From: Marsupella aquatica
Lineage: Eukaryota > Plantae > Marchantiophyta
Length of the DNA stretch: 64,000 bases
Assembly (NCBI GenBank): GCA_973895155.1
Contig: OZ316891.1
Coordinates: 21,030,169 to 21,094,168 of the forward strand
Direction of reading: 5' to 3'
The notes under the pieces were generated by a model. The model was not told the origin of the DNA and did not search any database. It worked only from the letters and a program-made list of their open reading frames with translations. The position numbers and the translations under genes were made by a program. This document shows positions 48,399 to 58,176 of this stretch, piece after piece (the first letter of the stretch is position 1; every line of letters begins with the position of its first letter).

Positions 48399-51256
48399 AT
48401 GTCTTCCGAAGAAGATGAGTCGGGCAACTCATCAGCTCATTCTACTCCTATTAGGCACGGTGGAAATCACAATCAAGATCGTAGTGCAAAATTTTCCCCA
48501 GTGTGGAAATATTTTGAACGATGTGATACGCCATCAGCGTGTAATGATATTAATCGTATATATCGAAGATGCAAATTTTGTAAGAAATATACAACGCATC
48601 ATGCAACACGAGCAAAAGCACATTTGATGGGAAACATACACAAAGGAGATGCGCCACCTTGCACACACTTGTATGGAGTTGTTCACTTAGATGACATCAA
48701 TAGAATGTACAATGTCATAAAGGTTGACCCATCCATAAAGTACAAACGAAGTGATGGAAGTCATGTTTTGTTATCCATAAGAGGTCGTAGGTCATATAAC
48801 CCATCTTCCAATTCGCAAGCATCAACTCGAGACTCAAATTTTGTTGACCTCGATGAGGATGGAAATATGAGTCATCGAAGTAGAGCATCAAATTTTGCAA
48901 ACCCAATCATGGATGCTTATCAAATTCCAAATACAGCTCATTTGGATAAGCTGTGGGCCAAAGTTTTTTATTCAAGTGGTATTCCGTTCAATGTGTCAGA
49001 GAATCCTTTCTTCCGTGAAGCAGTCACAGAAACCTCGAAAGGGATTGTAAATGGATATTCTCTTCCGGGTATGCAAAATTTGAGAATGAAATTATTGGAG
49101 GAGGCTAGAGTTGATCTTACAAAGGACATGACAAAAACAATGAAGGAGGCAAAACCTTTTGGATATTCCCTTTCATCCGATGGATGGGAAAATATCCGAA
49201 GGGAACCTTTGATGAATGTCATGTTGTTGAGTTCAAAAGGAGATTTCTTTTTGGATAGTTGGAACGCTGCACAAGCCGACAAGAAAGATGGGAAGTATCT
49301 TGGTGACATGTGGTTAAAATACATAGATGACATTGGCGCCGATCACATCATACAAATTGTTACCGATGGTGCACCTGCAAATCGTGTAGCAGGTGAAGAG
49401 ATAGTCATGAAAAAATATCCGCATGTGACATGGAGTTGGTGTGCTGCCCACATTTTTAATTTGTTGCTAGAAGACATGTATGGCCACAAGAATGTTGTGC
49501 TAGATGAGCGGAAAAAAAATCCATTCAAAATGATTTTTAAGCACTTGAGATGGATAGTTAAAGCAGTTACATCATCACAAAAGTTGTCTGCAATATTTGT
49601 GAGGAAATCTGGTGACAGGAAGTTGTTAAATCCAAATGCAACGAGATTTGCAACAAATTTTTTAATGGCGCAGAGAGCATTGGAGCTAAGAGGAGTTTTA
49701 CAACAAATGGTCATTGATGATAAGTGGCAATCCTATCGTGATCGCCTGCCAGTTCGACCAAAGTCACAGGGGCATATGACGAGGGGAAAGGCAGACGAAC
49801 TTAAATCGTGGATACAGCAAGATACATTTTGGGCTCAAGTAAAATCTACAGTTGCTTTTTTCCTGCCGTTGGTGAAGATGTTGCGAGAATTCGATGGAGT
49901 TTCACCACAGTCTCCTTGGCTATATTGGAGCTTGAAAAAAGGAATAGCTAAACTAGAGGCGAGCATGGAGGGTTGTATATTAGTAACAGATTACTTAAAA
50001 CCAAAGATAATGAAAGTGTATATGGATCGACGAAAATTACTTACTACTGATTTCATGTTAGCAGTAGCATATCTAAATCCTCAATTTTTCTTCGATGAAG
50101 ATGAAGATGTGGCAGGAGATGCAGAACTGTATAGAGGCTTCAATGATTACGTTCGTAGATATGCAGAACACAAGGTGAAGGCAGGAATCAACCATGATCG
50201 AGATGTGACGACACTTATTTCTGACATCCAAATGCAGGCATTTGAGGCTAAAAAAAATTTGCCAAATTCATCGGTTGCAATTAGAGGAGCACAATCGAAT
50301 ATTGGGAAATTAAGTCCAGGAGAGTGGTGGTATTTGTATGGAGCTGATTACGCGGAGCTAAGATTGATGGCGAGAAGAATCACGCATTAACAAATGTGTG
50401 CATCTTCATGCAAACGAAATTGGAGTTCGTATGACTTTATCCATTTAAAAAGCCGTAATAGGTTGACCAATGATCGGGCAAAAGACTTGGTTTTTGTATT
50501 CACAAATTCGAGGTGCAAAAAGGGCTCACAAAGGTGAGAAACCCTCATACGTCTATATATAGACGATATGATGAAAGAACAACAATAAATGATGGCCCGA
50601 GGCCTACTTCCATAGAAGGATGTCACACTGAACAACATGGTGTTACATGTGCGGCTCTTGGAGAGGATGACGTGGAGGATTTTGATACAATTGATGATGC
50701 AGATGAGGCTTTGCAAGGATTATCATTACACACTGATAGTGATATGTTGACTCGTATTCCACCAGATACTGAAATAAGTGATGTTGGAGAATGGGAAGAT
50801 GAAATGGATTTAATGATGTTCCCTGCAATCGATGAGTCTCAAATTCAGGATGACGAGGACTACTCATTTGATGCAAACTTTGTAGTGCCTTCCCAACCAA
50901 ACCCATCCTTCACATACCCAACATTGAATCTACAAAATGATGTCCAAGCAAGTACTTCGTACTTATTTCAACGACGAGGTACTGCATCGGAGCTCTGTCC
51001 TGAGAGAACAACACCAACTTTGTTTGCGCAACCTGATGATGCACAGTGGGGACAACATGCTTCTCCAACAAAAAATATGTATGAAAGACAGAACATGACA
51101 AATCCATGTACATCAAACATACATGCCCGTGTTGGGGCATTTCAAGAATATCATAGCGCAGATCCGGTCCAATGGATGACAAGACAATTTCAATTTGATC
51201 GACAGTTGCAAGAAAATGAGAACAATAACACAAGGCACTTTTCGTCACAACCTTGA
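48399..51256 (+). pseudogene. hAT transposase (BED zinc finger, DUF659/DDE core, dimerization domain, acidic tail), inactivated
   Basis: VWKYF..CKFC..KAHL (BED), SSDGWENIRREPLMN, IVTDGAPAN, CAAHIFNLLLED, TRFATNFLM, YLNP, WWYLYG. Premature TAA at 50388-50390, then ASSCKRNWSSYDFIHLKSRNRL (the catalytic E of CERNWS reads K), a frameshift near 50510, and a tail ORF ending at 51256. Confidence 0.92.
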
Positions 51257-51368
51257 TATCTATTTAGGTATTACATGCTAGTACTATACGACAAACTATG
51301 ATATACTATGCCGGATTGTGCATGTCCTATGCAATAAAATATGCTATACTAAACATTGTGTGTGCAAT

Positions 51369-53294
51369 CTACTCATTTGGGTTCTCATTGTCTTGCGCTT
51401 CTGCTTTCACCTCTGCCAGTTGTTGACGACGACGATGGCGACGAATAGATCGCTGCATGTTTTGCTCATCTGTTGTTGGTCGATTGGCCATGGCATATTC
51501 CTTCCACTGTTGGAATCTACCGCTGAATAGCAAATTGTCAAAGTCACCATCTGACAAGTTATATTCATTAACTGTGAAGTTGTCAATGGGCCTTGAATCG
51601 ATCTGTGTCATTGCAATACTCTCTTGAGTCATGTCTTCAGTGTCTTGCTGTGTCTCCATTGGTGGCATTTGTTTCAACAAACCTCGTTGCTCATACTCTC
51701 GTTCATGAAATGGTTTCCGACACCAACATTTTCGGCTCTTCTTCATCCACCGAAACAAGCAAGCATGATGCCATAAGTGACCGCATGTTCCCAAAATGGA
51801 AACAGATTCAGGACCCCATGGATACAAGCACCAAGTACATCTTCCATCCTTTTCTCGAACAAATTGGGCCATACTTTCATCGGTCTTCCACTTATCAAAA
51901 AATTTCTCTACATCTTCTAGATCCTCCTCCACATCCGGAAAAAGATGAGATTCTCCTGTAGGATCAATCATTTGCAAGTTCATATAATTATAGTTCTTGC
52001 ATCTTGATTTTTCCTTGTCTGACTGCCCATCCACCTCAACAATGTTCATTTGCTCGATCTCCTCTTGCAGATTGCTTATGATCACCTCTTGTGATGTAAC
52101 CTGATTCTTCAAATCCTGAATGACTCTATCTGCCTCTTAAACTTGTTTCATTTGACTACATTGACCATCCTTTTGAGCAAGTTGTTTGTTGAGCTTTGCG
52201 ATCTCCTCCATCTTGTCGTACAGTTGCACCTTGTATTCCTTCACCTCCGAAGTAATCACACTTTGAATGAGCATTTTTTCCATTGCTTTCATGTTCAAAA
52301 CATTATCTTGCAACTTTGACTTGTAGTAGTCAATGCTGCCAGCTTCACAAAGGTCAAGACAAAACTTTGTGCGGAGATTGTTCTCGATCAAATGACCAAT
52401 CTCTGTGCCCAAACTCTTGCACACAATCTCCATGCTCAATGATTCTTTCTTTGGATCCAAAATACCAGTGAACTTTCCTGGTAAATTGTTACTTGTAGAT
52501 GCTGCAATGTTTGATGTTTTGTCCACATGTTTTGGTGCGCTGAAACTTTCAGATTTAGTGAAGAGTCGTTCCAGTGCAGTCGGCTTATCTTTCTGATGTG
52601 CATGAATATCTTGCACATCATGTATCTTTCTTTTTGACCCTTTGTTGGTTGCTTGACTCGACATATCTTTTGTAGTATTTTTGTTGTTCTTGAAACCTGC
52701 AATGTCCAGGACAGACTGATGCACAGAGTGAGTCATCTTGCCCTCTTCTGTTTCCCAACGGTAATCCACCTTCCACTTGAGAATAAATTCAGCAATTAGG
52801 AGTCGGAGAAAAGGAGAATAAACCGAGCTTGTTTTGCCTTGCGCTTTCTTTGGAGCATACTCTCGAAATCTTTGCTGCCAATGCTTGCCAATTTCCACAT
52901 GTTTTACCTTGGACATTGTGTACTTCTCTTGCATCCAAGACCTTGTGGCCCATAAATTTTCATCATCAAAAATGATTTTCATCCATTTTTGGAACTCCAC
53001 ACGTGACATCAATATCTCCAATTCTTTGGCGTTGATGGGCCATTCATTGTGAGGAGGTTTCACATTTGGCATTGTGATATTCCATTCAACATCCTTGGTG
53101 TCCTCATCCATTTTGGTTATGCTTTGCCCTGCATGATTGCTACTCATTCCAATGTCCTCGTCTATGGGTTGAGAATCTTCTTCAACGTATTGATCCTGAG
53201 ACCAAAGGTGTAAATTCTGAGCAGGTTGCAAATATAAATATGAAATCTTTTTAGGTTTTTCCTCCTCGTCGGATTCCAAATCCCATTTTCCCAT
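51369..53294 (-). pseudogene. Coiled-coil plus C-terminal RING-H2-variant protein (~640 aa, putative E3 ligase) with one in-frame stop
   Basis: ORFs 52137-53336 and 51369-52112 are in the same frame and separated by one TAA (...QMKQV*EADRVIQDLKNQV...). RING-like CTWC-x14-CGHLWHHAC-x10-CWC. Likely start MGKWDL at 53294, after a splice acceptor at 53306. Confidence 0.75.
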
Positions 53295-53478
53295 CCTTGC
53301 AGATTCTACAATAACAAAAACATTTTTAGCATTCATTCACCATACACCCTTCAAGATAAAATTGATAACAAAATACAATGAAGCAAAATGAGTAATACAT
53401 TTAATTCATATGACATGATTAAATAGATAATAGTTTATGACATCTATCATTGTCATTCACGATGAAATTATGAAATCC

Positions 53479-55137
53479 CTAATCTCTTAGATAAGGACTA
53501 TTGTGCTGAACTAATCTACAATCTTGGAATGTCCTCATCATTCTCAAACTCCAATTAATACAATCCATTCTTTTTTTGACATCAATGGCCATCATGTCAC
53601 GTATCATAATATCCAATTTAGGGCCATGCTCTCTAGCATTCCAACCCCTATTCAAATATCGTGTCATTGGGGTCATTCCATCCCAATTTTCTATGAGTAA
53701 TGTCTCAAAGACATTGCCCAAAGCATATATGTCAGTTGCTTGACTGTACTCTGTTGGATCGGAACGAACTAGCTCAGGCGCCAATTGTGGATATTGTTTT
53801 TGATATGCAACTGCTTTCTCTGTAGGGGTGGGCCACATTCGATTTTGTGGTAATGTGCATTGTGACTTGTGTTTGGACAACCCAAAATCATATATTCCTA
53901 CATAAATTCTAATTGCCAAATCATCCTCGTGATCAAAGTAAAGAAGGATGTTCCCAAAATGAAGATCACAATGGAAACGGTCGTGTGCATGCAAATATTG
54001 CAAGGTCTCCAATAGAGCCATAGCAATCCCCAAACGATGTTCCAAAAAGAGTTTCTTTTCGGATATGAATGTCACATCAACCTCAGAAGTGGATTGTGTC
54101 TTCCCTTTGCTCTTACTCCATTTCTCACACTTATCTATGAAGCTTCCCAAGTCTCCTCCATTGTAATGGTCATAGATAAGTTTCGGTGGATCTTCGATAG
54201 TCATTGCCAAGGCCCCAATTATTCCTTTGTGATTCAAACCTCCCATGAGCACTTCTTGTAAGGCATCTGTTCGTCTCTTGTGCCGGTCTCCATCCTTAAA
54301 TCGTTTTGTAACCAGTGTTGCATTTCGAGGAATCAATGGGCAATCCAATATATGACATATGAACACATGTCCTTGGATGCCGCTTCCAATGCGATGCAAA
54401 TTTGATACTTGCTCCCTCCTCAAGAAATGAATACTCCTGACCATGGGAACAACTCGTGATGGACGCGTTCCTCTATCTGCAACCTCCACACCAATCTCTC
54501 CAAACTGCACGACCTTGCTCGCATATTTGACATTACTCTCCGATTTGGCCATTGCTAACTCTTTGCTCCATTTAGCTAGCAAATCTCTTCTATGTGTGTA
54601 TAGCCCAGGAACTCCAAGCATGACGGCCCCAGCCTCATCCAAATTGGATTCCAACTTGTCCCAAAGATTTACCGCAAAGTTCAACGCCAAATATTCAACA
54701 AATCCACCCGGCTTCTCAAAATCACTTATTAAGGCAGCAATTTCATCTCGGGTCATGTCCTCTTCTTTCTCCACAGTCTCACGCATGCAACGTCCCATGT
54801 CATTTAAAAGGTTTTTGTAACCCTCTGCTCCATGCATAGCATACTTCCTCTCAAAGCCATCCTGCTCATACTGTGCTGACAAAGTGTAGGGATATAGAAT
54901 CTTTTTCCAAATCGCAACTAACACATGTTGCCTTCTCTCTTTCAATGCAGCACCAATTGCTCCTCCTCTATGTTTCCGTTTCCCTAAGGTTTTGCCATGT
55001 TTACAAATTTCTAAGGTTTTGTGAGCATTCCGTAGAGCATTGAGGGCATGAGGATCTGGTTGATATCCCTCGTTTAGCATGGTATTCATTGCCTCAAAAA
55101 GTTTCATATACTCTACACTCACATTTGCATCGGCCAT
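53479..55137 (-). CDS. Protein kinase (ePK fold) with unknown N-terminal domain, 552 aa, intronless, inside the hAT element
   Basis: IGSGIQGHVF (Gly loop), LVTKRF (catalytic Lys), LQE, HCDLHFGNIL (catalytic loop), DFGLS, LAPE, TDIYALG. Basic GKRKHR segment in the N-terminal half. First ATG (MADANV) is at 55137. Confidence 0.9.
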   Translation of the reverse strand: MADANVSVEYMKLFEAMNTMLNEGYQPDPHALNALRNAHKTLEICKHGKTLGKRKHRGGAIGAALKERRQHVLVAIWKKILYPYTLSAQYEQDGFERKYAMHGAEGYKNLLNDMGRCMRETVEKEEDMTRDEIAALISDFEKPGGFVEYLALNFAVNLWDKLESNLDEAGAVMLGVPGLYTHRRDLLAKWSKELAMAKSESNVKYASKVVQFGEIGVEVADRGTRPSRVVPMVRSIHFLRREQVSNLHRIGSGIQGHVFICHILDCPLIPRNATLVTKRFKDGDRHKRRTDALQEVLMGGLNHKGIIGALAMTIEDPPKLIYDHYNGGDLGSFIDKCEKWSKSKGKTQSTSEVDVTFISEKKLFLEHRLGIAMALLETLQYLHAHDRFHCDLHFGNILLYFDHEDDLAIRIYVGIYDFGLSKHKSQCTLPQNRMWPTPTEKAVAYQKQYPQLAPELVRSDPTEYSQATDIYALGNVFETLLIENWDGMTPMTRYLNRGWNAREHGPKLDIMIRDMMAIDVKKRMDCINWSLRMMRTFQDCRLVQHNSPYLRD

Positions 55138-55329
55138 GTTCTCAAGTAACCACAACAAGTTGTAGGACAAAGAATAGGCGCTTACGGAGTGTGTTGGCTG
55201 CTTGCCGAGGGTATGGATGATGCAAGTACAATAAAGCTGGATCAATAATCCTGAAAAGTCATTTCACACTTTGTGTTGGTACCAATAATACCCAAGCAAT
55301 GAAATTTTAATATTTGTTCAATTTTTTAT

Positions 55330-55710
55330 TCGTTTGTTTAGTACTTTGAAAGTAACAACAATGAAGGGGAAAGACAACTATGTGAAATACCACATGCCAA
55401 GCCGAAACTCCAAGCATGCGCACAAAAGATGTCTTTTCCTTCAAGTTGTTACATTCCTATTCCAATCTATGTGAAACCTATAGTTTAGATGTCATTTGTA
55501 AATGTTGTGGAAATATTTACAAGGAATCGAGATATCCATGCAGAGTACCACATGCCGAGCGGAAACTCCAAGCATGCGTACATGAAAATCTCTATCCTAG
55601 AAAATACTCCACTCAATTCACAAATCACACTAAACTGTTAAGGCAATATTAGGTTCTCTCATACGAAATACCACATGCCAAGCATAAGCTCCAAGCATGC
55701 GCATACGTGA
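55330..55710 (-). promoter_or_regulatory. Upstream region (predicted 5'-UTR intron) of the cargo genes with three copies of the ~37-bp motif
   Basis: taccacatgccRagc..ctccaagcatgcg with ctccaa cores at 55408, 55566 and 55689; aligns by eye with the reverse complement of 47940-48330. Confidence 0.6.
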
Positions 55711-55848
55711 GAACACTAATATCCCTCCAAATTAAAACTAAATGTTAAAGTCATACATGGCAAAGCATAGCAAAAAAAGACTCAAAACAATTCAAAAACT
55801 AGTGAACTAAACTCAAAACTAAGCAAAACATAAGCAAAAGCAAGAAAA

Positions 55849-55936
55849 ACTTACCAAAAGCCTCTCCTACAAAACAAGCAAACTTAGTTGAGAAGTTAGT
55901 AATGAGAGAAAGTGAGGAGACCTCCTCACTTTATAG
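55849..55936 (-). promoter_or_regulatory. Putative TATA box and non-coding first exon for the cargo transcript
   Basis: Minus-strand CTATAAA at 55936-55930, a pyrimidine-rich leader, and donor TG|GTAAGT with GT at 55854. Confidence 0.5.
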
Positions 55937-55939
55937 CCC

Positions 55940-56575
55940 TGGTCCCGGTCTCATCCCCCCCACCCCACCTCGCGAGCCGACCCCGGGTGGCCGAGCCCGA
56001 TCCCCCCCGGCGGCTGCCCTCCTCGCGCGACCTAACCCTAAAGCCCCCCCCGGCCCGGCCCACCCCCGCCTGACCCGGGGGGGCTTTAGGGACTGGGGCG
56101 GAGGGGGGGGCTTTAGGGTCCGGGGCGGGAGGGGGGGCTTTAGGGCCGGGAGGGGGGGGTCCGGGCCGGGGGGGGGGGTCCGGGCCGGGGGGGGCTTTAG
56201 GGTCCGGGGCGGGAGGGGGGGGGGGGGAGCTTTAGGGTCCGGGCCGGGGGGGGGCTTTAGGGTCCGGGGCGGGAGGGGGGGGGAGCTTTAGGGTCCGGCC
56301 GGGGGGGGGGGCTTTAGGGTCCGGGGCGGGAGGGGGGGGGAGCTTTAGGGTCCGGCCGGGGGGGGGCTTTAGGGTCCGGGCCAGGAGGGCTTTAGGGTCC
56401 GGGCCGGGCGGGGGCCTTTAGGGTCCGGGCCGGGAGGGTGAAGGGTCCGGGCCGGGGGAAGTTTAGGGTCCGGGGCCGGGAGGGAAGAGGACCAGGAGTA
56501 CTCAGGCCGGGACCGGATTTACTCGGGCCGGGACCGGATGATGACGACCGGGAGAGACCGGGTGTCGGCTTGCCG
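55940..56575. repeat. Right GC-rich subterminal array with TTTAGGG-containing units
   Basis: (g)n-ctttagggtccggg repeated more than 10 times between about 56080 and 56475. Confidence 0.9.
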
Positions 56576-56673
56576 GTTGACGGCCTTAAAACGGCCTATT
56601 TGCCGGGCAAGTCCAAACCGGGATGCCAACAACTTACTGTAGATGTGTAAATAAATGTAAGATCTTTTATTTC

Positions 56674-57060
56674 CTAGCTACCCGAGAGCCCCAACAGAAC
56701 ACCTGCCCGAGAAAAAACCAGGTCAGCCTGACGCAGGTCCGGAACGCCTTTCTTGGGTAGAAGGAAAGAGATGTTGTTGCTCCATAGCAACATGTTAACC
56801 AGAGTCCCGGGCAATGGCAGCAACCACATCCCGAATGTAATCATCATCAGCTTGCTCCTGTGGCTGCACCTAAGAATATGAACACCGGATGGGTCCAAAG
56901 ATGCCCCACATACACAAGAGGGTTGGCGGAGGAGGCAAGGGTGAGGGAGGCCCAGACGAAGGGGCATAGTCGTGGTGAAGAGGAAGGAGACAAAGGCGCA
57001 TAGACATGGTGAAGAGGAAGGAGCAGACTCTTTGCTGTGGATCGATCCTCAAGATATGTC
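56674..57060 (-). mobile_element. CRE-like non-LTR retrotransposon fragment (Zn knuckle and start of restriction-like endonuclease)
   Basis: LRLGLPHPCLLRQPSCVCGASLDPSGVHILRC (CxC..H..C) followed by RQADLV. Confidence 0.6.
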
Positions 57061-57759
57061 TGGCTGTCAGCTGATCACAGAGCGAAGTCTACCTCTCAAT
57101 GATTTGTGATTCAGTAGGACCACTTAGTACGTTTCTAATACACCAAAGAATGAATCCATCGCTTCCCAAAATCTGGATCATGTCCTCTTCGACACAGCAA
57201 AAAAATTGAGAAGTGTGCTTTCGTACTGAATGTCCGCCTCAATCCTCTCCTTTGCCAACTGTATGGCCAACTGTATGGCCCGCTGTATGGAGTTGCCATG
57301 GAGTCACCTCTCGACTCACCTGCCCTCAGCAGGTTGAATACGTGCCGCAATTAACTCCATTGTGATTGTTTTCATTCCTTGAAAACGAATGGCAAGTTGC
57401 ACGAATTCCGTGTCACCATAATGAAGGCAGTGGCCAGAGACACCATTGCCAGTGCACCTGCAAACATGAATTCCTGTATAGCTCCAGGAATACAGGCACA
57501 GACAGCCATGGAGCCAATTCACCAATTTTCTGGACACGGTATGAATGAGATTTCTGACATTTCGATTGCATGAGCATTAAGACTACCGAAAAATACGTAT
57601 CTCGATTCTTACCAGCTGAAAAATTTGGTTGAGAATTAGTCTTGACCCCGGATTGCGGAAATGCACGTCTGGGAAATGGAAAACCTGTCGGAGGGAGAGA
57701 GACTTAGGGAACACTGTAGCCAGAAATGGTAAGATCCGCGGGGTTGAATTTTGGGGTCA

Positions 57760-58176
57760 CAGTGATAGTTTAGGTGGCGTTGGGGGATGTGAAAAACATG
57801 GAAATCGCAAGCCTGGCAAAGGGGGAAGAATGGGTTTCGCTGACAAGTTGATTCCAGGGAACCGAGGAAGGGGGATATTCTGTGGGGGAAGAGTTGGCTT
57901 GCAAATGCAGGCCTTCTAGGGGCTTCACTGGAGGATGGAGAATCCGGACACTCCGATGCCTGGGGTGGTGACTTCGCTCGGAAGTCGGGGCAAGGAGAGC
58001 TTCGGGAGTTTGGGCAAAGACAGAGAAGGCATCGAAACATAAGGGAGACACGGCAAGTCTGGTCCGAGCGACACTTTATACTCAAATTCACTGGCAGACG
58101 AGGCCTCTGCGACAATGCACAGAACCAACGCCAGTGCACCCATCAACGTACAAGGCTTGGTGCTAATCGCAGGCAT
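57760..58176 (-). pseudogene. Secreted Pro/Leu/Lys-rich protein gene, copy A (83-aa ORF, Pro-rich frame continues past stops)
   Basis: MPAISTKPCTLMGALALVLCIVAEASSA (signal peptide-like) and LPKLPKLSLPRLP. After stops the same frame reads PTLPPQNIPLPRFPG...PILPPLPG. Confidence 0.55.

Larger units (their letters stand above)
47044..56635 (+). mobile_element. ~9.6-kb hAT-superfamily DNA transposon with convergent kinase and coiled-coil/RING cargo genes
   Basis: Imperfect terminal inverted repeat core cccggtttg (47056-47064) / caaaccggg (56614-56622). GC-rich subterminal arrays at both ends, mirrored ~400-bp regions inside them, and an internal hAT transposase. Exact ends and 8-bp TSD not resolved. 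Confidence 0.8.
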
